Source: Dictyostelium discoideum (taxonomy: Eukaryota). From it: a DNA stretch of 64,000 nucleotides. Of the stretch, positions 29,400-42,334 are shown piece after piece (position 1 is the first letter of the stretch; the number at the start of each line of letters is the position of its first letter). A model generated the notes under the pieces. It was given only the letters and a program-made list of their open reading frames with translations. It was not told the origin of the DNA and made no database searches. The DNA lies in the NCBI GenBank assembly GCA_000004695.1, contig CM000151.3, positions 3,008,001 to 3,072,000 of the forward strand. Reading direction: 5' to 3'. The translations under genes and the position numbers were made by a program.

Positions 29400-29640
29400 T
29401 CAAATTCCAAAAATCTAATAGTTTATTGGATAAATGTGGCGGTGAAGAATTAATACATAACACTATAGCAGCAATTAATGGAAACACACATAATATAAAG
29501 GAGAACAGAGTTGATGAATCTGTTTTAGTATCACAAAAGTTTGTAAAACCCATATACTTCACAACAAAACTAATACGCAGATATAATATGTCACCAACAC
29601 TTGTAAAGGACACAAAATAATGTAATTTAACATAATAAAA
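29400..29640 (+). repeat. Copy 2 of the unidentified repeated element
   Basis: See 28100..28400. Confidence 0.6.
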
Positions 29641-29745
29641 ATTGTCCAGTAGTAATATTTCCAATAGCAGCATCAACTGATGAACCATTTCCATCATTAT
29701 CAATTTTATATATAGAAAACGGAGAATTTGATCAATAATTAAGCA
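29641..29745 (+). pseudogene. Second short fragment of glycerol dehydrogenase exon 3 (KCPVVIFPIAASTDEPFPSLSILYIENGEFDQ*)
   Basis: Similar to 23814..23920. It ends in an in-frame TAA. Confidence 0.65.
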
Positions 29746-30056
29746 TTATATATTTGTTGCATTTTTTTTCTTTTTTTTTATAAACTTTAATGACAATGTT
29801 TGTAACAAGATCAACTAAAATATATTGTTATAAGATTAAATAATCTATTTTAATTATTAATGTTTATTCTATTAAAATTATATTAAATTAAATGTTTTGT
29901 TAAAACATTCCCAAAAAAGGTTAAAAAAATACTTTGTTTTTTTTTTAAAAAAAAAAAAAAAAAAAAAAACTATTATTATTTATTAATTAAATTAAATATT
30001 TGAATTATATTTCTTTTTTTTTTTTATAAATTTTTATTATTTTATTTTTATCAAAA

Positions 30057-31514
30057 TTATTCAGTAACTAATGAATGATCTTGAATAATTTTAATACTAA
30101 TACTAATTGTTAAAGAATTATTTGAAAAGAAACCATTTTGACTTTTATTTTCAATCCATTTGAACCAACCATTACCATTGTTATTGATGAAATTATTTGT
30201 ATGAGTATTTTTATAATTTTTAGTGGGGTCAATATTTTTAGCTTCTAAACTATATTTTACAAGTGATGGACGATCATAAATTTTATAGAGGAAAATACTT
30301 AGAAAACCTTTAACCTCATTGTTACCATTTGGGTAGAGCATGATAAAGAATTTAGAAGAACCAATTTGAAAGAATGGACTATTTAAACTCTTTGATATTG
30401 GATATTCACGTAATTTACGATCCCAATTATTGATTACCCATTTCCCTTTATAAACATTATTACCACTGCCACCACCACCACCACCACCACATTCATGTGG
30501 TTTACTATTTATTACAGTTGAATTTACAGTACTCTCTAAATAAAATAATCTTTTTTCCAAATCTCTATTTTGTTTTTCTAATTTTCTATAATCTTGATTA
30601 CATTCATCCAATTGAAGTTTATGTAAATCCATAACATTTTGAATATAAAAGATATGATTATTATTTTCAGATAAATGTTGAGAAAGTTGTGAACGAAGGA
30701 ATCTTTTATTACAACCACCTGCTTTGTAGAGACATGAAATCTCCTCCATTGGACAATCGGTTTCTAAATGATGATTCATTAATTTTTTACCAATGGATGC
30801 TGAACATTTACTACATGTGATCATAAGAGTGTCACATTCACTCTCGATATGTTTATTTAATTTCTTTCTCTCTATTAATTCTGAACATTTCTCGCATTGA
30901 ATCAAAGAGTAATCGCATACCGATTGATTGTGATGTTCAATTTGATTCTTTCTAATAATATATTTACATTTGTTTGAATTGTTTGGACACTTTATAAATT
31001 GATATTGACATTCTTTCAAATGATGCTCCAATAATTCTACCTTTAAAATCTCTGGACATCCATTCTCACAATGAACTGCCTCTCCTTGAAATTTACTTTC
31101 TTTAAATTTATTTGGACATATCACTTTTAATGCACGAAATGCATTCTCTAAAAATATATTACGAGATAATTCACTTGGTAAAGTTTTAACTTTACAACTT
31201 GGACATTCTTGTTTAATTGATAATTGACGATTCCAACTTTAAAATAAAATTAATAATTAATAATTTTATTTTATTTTATTTTATTTTATTTTATTTTATC
31301 TTATTAAAAAAAAAATAAAAAAATAAAATACTACTACATACCATTCGTGACAAGAAATATGACCATTTCTACATTGTAAAACATCAAATGATAAGGTTTC
31401 TTTTTTAAAATCAATGACACTATTAAAACAAATTTGACATTGAAATGGTGTTAAATCATCTGAATTTACAATAATATCATCAATTAAATAATCTAAATTT
31501 ATTTTTTTATCCAT
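30057..31514 (-). CDS. TRAF-like RING / TRAF-zinc-finger / MATH protein (second paralog, convergent with the first). Exons 31332..31514 and 30057..31244.
   Basis: The RING is split by the intron: ...SCHEC|WNRQ...CPSCK. GTATGT donor and AAG acceptor, phase 2/1. The MATH-like C-terminus has a GGGGGGG linker. Confidence 0.75.
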
Positions 31515-31740
31515 TTTAATATTATTTATATTTATATTTATATTTATATTTATATTTATATTTATATTTATTTATTTATATTTATATATATTTATTTATA
31601 TTTTTATTTTTATTCTTATTTTTATTTTTTTATTTATTTGTATATTTATTTATTATTTGTATATTATTTGTATATTTATTTATAAATTAATTTATTTATT
31701 TGTATATTTATATTTTATTTATTTTATTTATTTGAATAAA
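31500..31740. repeat. AT minisatellite, (TATATT/ATTTAT)n
   Basis: Visible tandem 6-12 nt units immediately upstream of the TRAF-like gene start. Confidence 0.8.
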
Positions 31741-32381
31741 GATTGTATATGTTTCTATATGGAAAAAAAATAAAATAAAAAAAATGAAAAAAAAAAGTAA
31801 TATTTATAATCAAATAATATTACAATATATTAAGTACAATGCGTGATGTGGTTTGTTTTATATAAAAAATTTAAAAAGAAAAAAAAAAAAATGAAATTTA
31901 TAAAAAAAAAATAAAAAAAAAAATTAAAAATCTTTTCTTGGTTTTTTAAAAACAATAAAAAAAAAAAATAAAAAAAAAAATAAAATAAAAATAAAAAAAA
32001 ATGAAAAAAATTGTGATTAACTCTGTTCTTTGGGTGAAAAAATTCAAAAATACTGCAAATCTTAATCGTTGGTTTTTTAGAACGTAAAAAAAAAAAAAGA
32101 AAAAAAGAAAAAAAAATAGAAAAAAAAATTTTTTTTTTTTTAACTGAAATCTGTTTTTTTTTTTCTCACTCTTTAAAACAAAAATACCAAATTTTCAGTA
32201 AAATCAGATCTTTTCTTATTTTACATTCCGACAAATGAAAAATAAAAAATAAAAAAAAAAATAAAATAAATAAAAAAAATAAAAAAAAATAAATTATTAA
32301 TACATATCTCTTTTTATTTTATATTTTTTTTATACATTTAATTTTTCAAAAATAAAAAATTAAAATATCATTTTGTTTTGA

Positions 32382-33627
32382 TTATGTTTCTTGATTTAAT
32401 TTTCTTTCAACGAAAATAAATGAAGCAATTTGAGCACTTGATAGAAAAAGTATTTCAAATTTATTTTTTAAATTTGATTCCATATCCAAATCAACTTTGA
32501 AAAGATTATTTAATTCTTGATAGATATGAATGTTTGTACAATGAGTTTCAATGAATTTCTCAAAGAGTTCATACTCCATTACATCAGCAACATCTAATAA
32601 TCTTCTACCAAGTGATGATTTACTAGTTATTCTTTCAATAAGAATTGATGTAAAAGATGATAATTCCATTTGATTTAAAACTCGGATTGAATGATCTCCA
32701 ATAATTGGTGAATATAAAATTCCACTATCTGAAAATATATATATATTAATAAATAAAATAATAATAAATTTCCAAAGGTATTAGATATAATTTTTAAAAC
32801 TTACTAAAACCCATTTTTGGTGTATAAAACTCTTGTTGTTGATTTTTAAATAAACGAGATAATGATTCAATAGGATTAATACCATCATTACTTGTATTTA
32901 AATCTAATATATAAAGTTTTCTAAAAGTTATATAACATTCATGTTTTAATAAAGATGATTCTATTTTGTTTTTTTTTTTTTTTTTTTTTTTTCAAAAAAT
33001 AAAGTATTAATAAAATTATATTATTTAATAATTGTAATTTTTTTTGTTTATTTATTTATTAATAACATACGTAAATCTTTTTCTTTTTTATCAATTAAAT
33101 CTATAATTTTATTAAAACTACATTGTTCTCGATTTGGATTTTCAATTATAAATTCAATTGAATTATTATTATTATTTTTATTATGTTGAGATTCACCAAT
33201 ATAATAAAAAATAAAATCTAAATATGAAACATCTTTAAAAGAATTTTCTAAATATTTTTCAAATTCATTTATTAAACTTGATTGATTTACAATTATTTTA
33301 CAATTGAAATGACAATCTTTTTTTAATATCCTTGAAAATTCAAGGGCACTATTAATACAAAATTCACTCTTTGAACCACAATATATAAATGCATGCCTTT
33401 GTTTTATACTTTGACAAAATTCCTTTATTATTTTCATTTTTTTTTTTTTTTTTTATTATTTTTTTTTTGTTAGTAAATTGGTAAATGTGTGTAAAAAAAA
33501 AATAAAAAAAAACAAAAAAGAAAAAACAAAAAAAAAAAAAACAAAAATACACTTAATTTCTTACCTCGTAATGGCTTTTAATCTCACTTGGGGTATAAAT
33601 TTTAGGACTTGCATCAAAAGAACTCAT
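32382..33627 (-). CDS. Hypothetical protein (~305 aa), four exons: 33565..33627, 33071..33422, 32805..32960, 32382..32728. No family recognised.
   Basis: ORF segments linked by GTAAGA, GTATGT and GTAAGT donors and AG acceptors. The phases close exactly. A TACTAAC-like branch site sits upstream of exon 2. Whether the first exon is used, versus a start at MKIIKEF, is uncertain. Confidence 0.5.
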
Positions 33628-33830
33628 AATTTTAAAAAAAATTCTATAATAAATATCTTTTATTGGGGTGAAAAAAAAAAAAAAAAAAAAAAAGTAAAAA
33701 AAAAAAAATGAAAATATGAAAATTAGTTTCAAAAAAAAAGTAACGCGATAAAAAAATGAAAATATGAAAATAAAAATATAAAAAATTTTTTATTAATTTG
33801 TAAAATTTGTAATTTAATTAAATTTGTAAT

Positions 33831-35496
<1,666 letters not shown>

Positions 35497-35826
35497 TGTA
35501 TAAATCTATTTATAATTATTTATATGAATTTTCATATAAAAAAAAAATAAAAAAAATAAAATAATAAAAAAATAAAAAAAAAATAAAAAAATGAAAATAA
35601 GGTGTGTCTTAAAATTGTTTATTGTTTTTTTTTTTTTTTTTTTTTTTTTTGGTTATGAATTAATAAAAAAATAAATAATAAAAATGAAGAAAAAGTGAAT
35701 AATTGAAATTTTATTTATTTGAAAAAAATAAATAAATAAAAAAATAAAAAAAAATAAAAATTAATTGGTGTGGGAAAAAAAAAAAAAAAAAATTAAAATA
35801 ATTAGTTAAGGGAGATAAATAAATGA

Positions 35827-35881
<55 letters not shown>

Positions 35882-36411
35882 AAATATTCGAAATCTATTA
35901 TTACCCGTTTGTTATTATTTATTTAATAAAAAAAAAAAAAAATACGGAAATGAGATGTCTTAATTTTATGTTTTTTTTATTTTTTGCTGTGGGAAAATAA
36001 AAAAAATAAAAAAAATAAAAAAAATAAAAAAAAAAAAAACATTGTTGGGAATGAAACACCAAATCATAAGGTTGGCGGGATATAAAAAAATTTCAGCATT
36101 AGAGTGGTGAAATTTTATGCAGTTCGTTGGTCGCTTCTTTTTTTTATTTTTCTTTTATTTTTTAATTTTTTTGTAGTTCCCCTTACCAAATCATTGTGGA
36201 CTTTGGGAAAAATGAAAAAAAAAAAAAGTCAGAAAATATAAAGAAACCCTCAAATAATAAAATATTTACTAAATTTTTAAAAAATTAAAAAAAGATTGTT
36301 GGAAATGAAAGAAAGCCTCAAATAATAAAAAGATTGTTGGAAATGAAAGAAACCCTCAAATAATAAAATATTTACTAAATTTGTTTATTATTTTTATTAG
36401 TATAATTATTA

Positions 36412-36413
36412 TA

Positions 36414-36490
<77 letters not shown>
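36412..36490. repeat. (ATT)n microsatellite, intergenic
   Basis: Visible. Confidence 0.9.
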
Positions 36491-36493
<3 letters not shown>

Positions 36494-36516
36494 ATTTTAA
36501 AAGAAAAAAAAATATA

Positions 36517-37338
36517 TTATTCTTTTTTATTTGAAGATTTTTTTGAAAATTTTAAGAATAATCTTTTTAATTGAGAGAAAATTGACATTCTATTAAAGAG
36601 TTTGATAAAGTATTGAAATCTTCCAAATAAAGTTCCATATGAAATGAGAATGAAAGGATAAACTGTATACATTGTTAAAAAATAAACTATTACATATTTT
36701 GGATCATTTTGAATTAATTCCAAACCTCCCCGGAATGGACTAACTGGATTTTGATAACCAATTAAATATTTCAATAAAAATTTAACTACATGAAGTGATG
36801 AAGTACCTGTAATACCAAAGACTATGAAAATGTATGCTTTTTCTGTCCACCATTGTTTACTAAATCTTGGATATTCATATGTATTCTTCATAATTTTATC
36901 GAAAAGAGTTTTATTATTTTCATTATTATTAAAAATTGGATTGATTGTTGGTTCTGATGTTGAATTATTATTATTATTATTATTTTCCACTGTTGTTGTA
37001 TTTGATATTGATGAAACAACTTCTGTTTTCATTGATGATGGTGATGATGGTGTTGGTGGTGTTGGTGGTGTTGTTGGTGATGATGACGAAGACGATGATG
37101 ATAATGTGGCCATACTTTTTCTGATTGAATAATATCTATTATTATTTATTAATGTAAATTGATCATTTATAATTGTTTTAGAAAGTTGATAATCTTTTGT
37201 TGCAATATTATATTTGATAAAATTAATATTTTTATTACTTTTATTCAAGAGTGATGATGTGTTTGAAAGTGAAAATATTGAAAATTTTGAAAAATTTTTA
37301 TAATTTTTTATTTGTGGGGTTATTAATTTGCTAAACAT
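36517..37338 (-). CDS. Hypothetical protein with a mitochondrial-presequence-like N-terminus, a Ser/Thr/Pro-rich linker and C-terminal hydrophobic segments
   Basis: 273-aa ORF with coding-like composition. No intron is evident. No family assigned. Confidence 0.45.
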   Translation of the reverse strand: MFSKLITPQIKNYKNFSKFSIFSLSNTSSLLNKSNKNINFIKYNIATKDYQLSKTIINDQFTLINNNRYYSIRKSMATLSSSSSSSSPTTPPTPPTPSSPSSMKTEVVSSISNTTTVENNNNNNNSTSEPTINPIFNNNENNKTLFDKIMKNTYEYPRFSKQWWTEKAYIFIVFGITGTSSLHVVKFLLKYLIGYQNPVSPFRGGLELIQNDPKYVIVYFLTMYTVYPFILISYGTLFGRFQYFIKLFNRMSIFSQLKRLFLKFSKKSSNKKE

Positions 37339-37494
37339 CTTTTTTTTTTTCCAAATTTTTTTTTTTTTTTTTTATCAAAAAAAAAAAAATTAAATCAATA
37401 TTATTATTGATCCAATGATATTGACTAATTTATCAATTTTAAAAAAAAAAAAAAAAAAAAAATGAATCAAAAAATTAAGCCAAATGACTCGGCT

Positions 37495-37546
<52 letters not shown>

Positions 37547-37809
37547 AAAATAAAAATAAAATAAAAATAAAATTTAAAAAATAAAAAGATTTTTTAGTTA
37601 AAAAATAAGATTGTAAAAAAAAAGTGAAAATAAAAAAAAAAAAGTGTTTCAAAACACATAATATTATGTTGGCAAAAAAAAAAAAAAAAAGATAAATGCT
37701 ATGGCAGAGATTTTTTTTTTTAATTTATTTATTTTTTAGGAAAAATGTTTAAACCAAAATTAAAGTTTGATTTAGTTATTCATTGGGGAAAATTTTAAAT
37801 TTTAAAAAG

Positions 37810-37843
<34 letters not shown>

Positions 37844-38145
37844 TAAATATTATCCAAATACTTTACCTTTATCAACACAACCAACAAATATTATTCTTTG
37901 AACCAAAACAAATATGGAGACAATTTCAGAATAAACACAGGTGTCTTTTTTTTTTTAAAAAAAATATCTTTTTTTTTTTTTATAATTTTTTTTTTTATAT
38001 TTTTTTTTTTTTTTAATTTTTTTTTTTTTTTTTTTTAATTTTTTTTTTTTAATTTTTAATTTTTTTTTTTTTTTTTTTTTTTTTGATTTAATTTAAAATT
38101 GTTGTATTATATATTTAAAAGAGATAAATTAGAAAAACATAGAAG

Positions 38146-39673
38146 ATGGCATCATTAGATATTAGTGATCCAGATATTACAAAATATATTAAATTAGTTC
38201 AAGATGGTAATCCAGCAAATCGTTGGATTGTTTTTTCATATGTACCAAAATCAAATAACAAAATTAAATTTTGTGATAGTGGATCAGGTGATTTGAAAGA
38301 GTTGAGAGAGGAATTAGATGATTCAAGTATTCGTTTTGCTTATATTCGTTTTGTTATTAATAATATGCCAAAGTTTGTATACATTCCATGGTGTGGTGAT
38401 GGTGTAAACGGACCAATCAAAGGCGCTTTCAGTGGACACGCAATCGAATTTTCAAAATCTTTCAAACCAATTCATCATCAAGTTAACGCTCGTTCAGAGG
38501 AAGATATCGACGAGAAAGCAATCACCGCTGCATTGAACAAAGCAACTGGTGCCTCATACGATAGTGGTTCAAAGGTACAAGGTGCTACCAAAGGTACCTT
38601 CATTCCACAATCGGTTAGTCAAGGTAGAGAAGCTGCAACCAAATCAAATGCTGAGGTTAAAAATGTCATCAACAAAAACGATTATAACAAAATTCAAGAA
38701 TCTGCAGAATATTGGAAACAAAATCAAGCAAATAAATCTGAACCAGCCAAACCAACTCGTCCAGAATATAATTTATCCACCGAAAGAGATGACTATTGGA
38801 AACAACAACAAGCAGAGAAACAAAAACAACAACAACAACAACAGCAACAACAAGCATCAAGAGTTAATGCTCCACCACCATCTCGTACTGTTGGTAATAA
38901 ATTCCAAGAACAAGTTTCAAAACCAACTGAAACTGCTCCACCACAACCAAGACCTGCTCCTTCAAAAGGAAGTGTTTTAAATCGTTTCCCAGCTGCAACT
39001 CAACAACAACAAGAACCACCAGCTCCATCACGTCCAGCTGCTCCAGTACCATCACGTGTAAATAAACCAGCTGCACCAGTCCAACCAGTTTATCAAGAAC
39101 CAGTTCATGAAGAACCACAATATGAAGAACCACAATATGAAGAAGAACAACAACAACAATATGAAGAGCAACCAACTGAAGAACAACAATATTATCAAGA
39201 AGAACCACAACAACAATACGAAGAACAACCAACTGAAGAACAACAATATTATCAAGAAGAACAACAACAATATGAAGAACAACCAACCGAAGAACAACAA
39301 TATTATCAAGAAGAGCAACAACAATACGAACAACCAACTGAAGATCAACAATATTATCAAGAAGAACAACAACAATATGAACAGCCAGCTGAAGAGCAAT
39401 ACGATCAAAGTGGTTATCTTCAAGCTAAAGCACTTTACGATTATAATGGTGAAAATGATGGTGATCTTTCTTTCAGAGAAGGTGATATCATTACAATTTT
39501 AGATCAAAGTGATCCAGATGGTTGGTGGCAAGTAAGTATTAATTAATTGATTAATTAATCAATCAATTAGTCAATAATAGTAGCTAATTTTATTTTTATT
39601 TTTATTTTTATAGGGATCTTTACCAACAGGTGAACAAGGTTTCTTCCCATCTAATTTCGTACAACAATTGTAA
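38146..39673 (+). CDS. abpE: Actin-binding protein 1 (Abp1/drebrin-like): N-terminal ADF-H domain, Pro/Gln-rich repeat region, C-terminal SH3. Exons 38146..39531 and 39614..39673. 481 aa.
   Basis: ADF-H N-terminus. The SH3 domain is split by an intron (ALYDYNGENDGDLSFREGDIITILDQSDPDGWWQ|GSLPTGEQGFFPSNFVQQL). The 481-aa length matches Dictyostelium Abp1. Confidence 0.85.
39107..39420 (+). repeat. Coding tandem repeat (~54-60 nt unit x5) in abpE giving (EEQQ(Q)YEEQPTEEQQYYQ)n
   Basis: Repeated tatgaagaacaaccaactgaagaacaacaatattatcaagaag units are visible. Confidence 0.8.
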
Positions 39674-40029
39674 GAAAATTAAGATATCCTAACAATATGC
39701 TAATGGTATTTACAAATATCCAAATACTTATTATCTGAATTGATTAAAAAAAATAAAATAAAATAAAATGTCACAATAAACTATTTCCATTTGTTTTCCT
39801 TATTTATCCATATTTATTAAAAAAAAAAAAAAAATGTTTTGGAAATCTGGATTATTTCTTGGAAAGCTATTATAAAATGGAATCTCTTTTTGAAAATAAA
39901 TCCATTTTTTTTTTTAATACCAAATTATAATTTTTAAACAAACCAACATTTTAATTTATTTTTCAATTTTTTTTTTATTTTTTTATTTTTTTTTTTTATT
40001 TTTATTTTCAATTTTTATAATTAAATATC

Positions 40030-40905
40030 ATGATTAGAAATTCAAAAATATTAATGAATAAATTAAAAAGGATTGGATTAGGTCAAATTACAAGTACCAA
40101 TAATAAAGAGGATAATTTTAGAAAATGTAAAGAAATGATAGAGAAAGCTGTTGAAAATAAAGTGAATTTATTTTGTTTACCAGAATGTTTTGCATTTATA
40201 AGTGGTGGAATTCATCAATTTGAATCAAGAGATAATGCAGAGTATTTAGATCAAAAAGGAGGAATCATTGAAAGATATAAAGATTTAGCAAAGCAAAATA
40301 ATATTTGGTTATCATTAGGTGGATTTCATGAAAAGATATTGGATGATCCAAATGATATGATCTACAATACTCATTTAATCATTGATTCAAATGGTGTAAT
40401 AGTTTGCGAGTATAGAAAGATGCATTTATTTGATGTCGATATTCCATCAAAGGGTGTTAAAATGAATGAAAGTAAAGTTGTTAAAGGTGGTAATGATTTA
40501 GTGGTTTGTGATTCACCAGTTGGTAAACTTGGTTTATCAATTTGTTATGATTTACGTTTTCCAGAACTTTATCTAAGTCTAAGAAGAATGGATGCTCAAA
40601 TTCTATTGGTACCAAGTGCATTTATGAAGAGTACTGGTGAAGCACATTGGAAACCATTACTTCAAGCAAGAGCAATTGAAAATCAAACTTATGTCATCGC
40701 TGCTGCTCAAACTGGTGATCATCATTCTAAAAGATCTTCCTATGGCCATTCAATGATCATTGATCCTTGGGGTAAGGTCTTACATGATTTACCTGATAAC
40801 CTAAATGATATCGCTTTTGTTGATATAGATCTCGATTACATTTCAACTTGTAGAGAAAACATACCTGTATTTAATCATAAAAAATTAAATAATTATAAAA
40901 TATAA
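40030..40905 (+). CDS. Nitrilase-family carbon-nitrogen hydrolase, Nit1-like (omega-amidase/deaminated-glutathione amidase family); single exon
   Basis: Close block similarity to NIT1: LPECFAFI, NIWLSLGGFHE, YRKMHLFDVDIP, ICYDLRFPEL, PSAFMKSTGEAHWKPLLQARAIENQTYV, SYGHSMIIDPWG. Confidence 0.85.
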   Translation: MIRNSKILMNKLKRIGLGQITSTNNKEDNFRKCKEMIEKAVENKVNLFCLPECFAFISGGIHQFESRDNAEYLDQKGGIIERYKDLAKQNNIWLSLGGFHEKILDDPNDMIYNTHLIIDSNGVIVCEYRKMHLFDVDIPSKGVKMNESKVVKGGNDLVVCDSPVGKLGLSICYDLRFPELYLSLRRMDAQILLVPSAFMKSTGEAHWKPLLQARAIENQTYVIAAAQTGDHHSKRSSYGHSMIIDPWGKVLHDLPDNLNDIAFVDIDLDYISTCRENIPVFNHKKLNNYKI

Positions 40906-40966
40906 TTATTTTTTAAAAAGAAAAAAAAAAAAAAAAAGTGTGAATAAAAAAAAAAAAAAAAAAAAA

Positions 40967-41413
40967 ATGGTTTCAACCTTAATTTATTGGAATAATAAAT
41001 TGTGTATAAAATACTATTCACTCATGCTTTGTATGATAAAAAATTTTATAACCAATAAATTTTATTAAAATAGAAAAATAATTATTTTGTTTATTTTATT
41101 CAGATAAATCAAATGTTTTAATCGTTTATAATATTGATACATTATCATATGAAAAGTATACAAACTTTAAAATTCCATTACATCATAATGAAAAATATGC
41201 TCAAAGTTTTATCGCAAGAGGTGGCTCACCAATTGAACCAAATCAAGTAAAGAAAAAGAATATTTTAATACCAATCTTAATATCAATTATTGGATTTTCA
41301 GTGATTGTATTTATAATTATAGTCACTGTACTTTTAATTAAAAGAAGAAATACAAAAAAATCAGATGAATTTAATAAACAAAAAGATAATGAATCTGAAA
41401 TTTCAAAACAATA
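40967..41413 (+). CDS. Possible small single-pass membrane protein (~115 aa). Two exons: 40967..41003 and 41103..41413.
   Basis: The C-terminal exon has a clear TM segment (ILIPILISIIGFSVIVFIIIVTVLLI) followed by a basic KRR stop-transfer. The upstream mini-exon MVSTLIYWNNKL has a GTATAA donor and a phase-compatible TTCAG acceptor. Weak. Confidence 0.3.
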
Positions 41414-41463
41414 AAAAGTATTAAAAATTAACTTTATAAAATTATTCGATTATTTATTTATTT

Positions 41464-41497
<34 letters not shown>

Positions 41498-41599
41498 TTT
41501 GTTTATTTGTTTAATTTTTTTTTTTAGTTTATTTAATAAATTTTATTTTGTTTTATTTTGTTTTATTTTGTTTTATTTTATTTTGTTTTGTTTTGTTTT

Positions 41600-41650
41600 T
41601 TTTTTTGTTTTGTTCGGGAGCCGACACAGCCAGAGACACCCCTTTCAGCC
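41600..41650. ncRNA. GC-rich island (ttcgggagccgacacagccagagacacccctttcagcc) in an otherwise >85% AT intergenic region; candidate small RNA gene or its upstream element
   Basis: Local GC content is far above background, with no ORF. Class unknown. Confidence 0.2.
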
Positions 41651-41879
41651 AAATATAGTTCACTAAACTTTGATTTTTTAATTTTGTTTCATGGCAATCA
41701 ACCTATAATATAAATTAATATTAGTAAAAATTATTATTAGAATAAAATGTATTTTTAAAATTTATCTTGAACGAAAATTAAAAAATTTCAATGTTTATTT
41801 CTGTGTCATGTATAAAAGTTGTTTTATTTTTTTTTTTAATATTAAAAAATATTTAGTGAAAGCTGTTTAATATAGCATC

Positions 41880-41975
41880 TACCTATCAACAATGCCCGAG
41901 AATGAAAAGATTTATCTTATAAAAAAGAATAAAATCCTTTGATTCTCGGGCAATTGGATTAATAACTCTGATAAG
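41880..41975. ncRNA. Second GC-rich island with a 10-bp inverted repeat (gcccgagaat ... attctcgggc) and a downstream CTGA; candidate snoRNA-like or other small RNA
   Basis: Stem visible in the sequence. Box C is imperfect (aaTGAaaa), so the call is weak. Confidence 0.2.
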
Positions 41976-42334
41976 TGTATTTATTTTTTTTTTTTTATTT
42001 AAGTATAACTTTGCCTTTTTTTTGAATGGAGTAAAAAAAAAAAAAAAAATTATTTTTTTATATTTTATTTTATTTTATTTTATTTTATTTTATTTTATTT
42101 TATTTTATTTTATTTTGTTTTATTTTATTTTATTCTGATTGGATGAAAAAAAATGTAAAAAAAAAAAAAAAAATATAAAAATAATTGTTATTTTTGAGAA
42201 TAGAGAAAAAAAAAAAAAAAAAGAAAAAAAAAAAAAAAAAAAAGAAAATTTTTTTTTTCAAAATGTTTTTCAATTTCTTTTTATTTTTTTTTTTTTTCGT
42301 TTCAATCTATATTTATTATACATGAAACAATATA

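Noticed and set aside
38549-39502. ORFs 38549..38980, 38669..38860, 38864..39337, 39052..39423, 39107..39502 overlapping abpE
   Set aside because: They are alternative frames or antisense of the Gln/Glu-rich repeat region of abpE, and are low-complexity artefacts.
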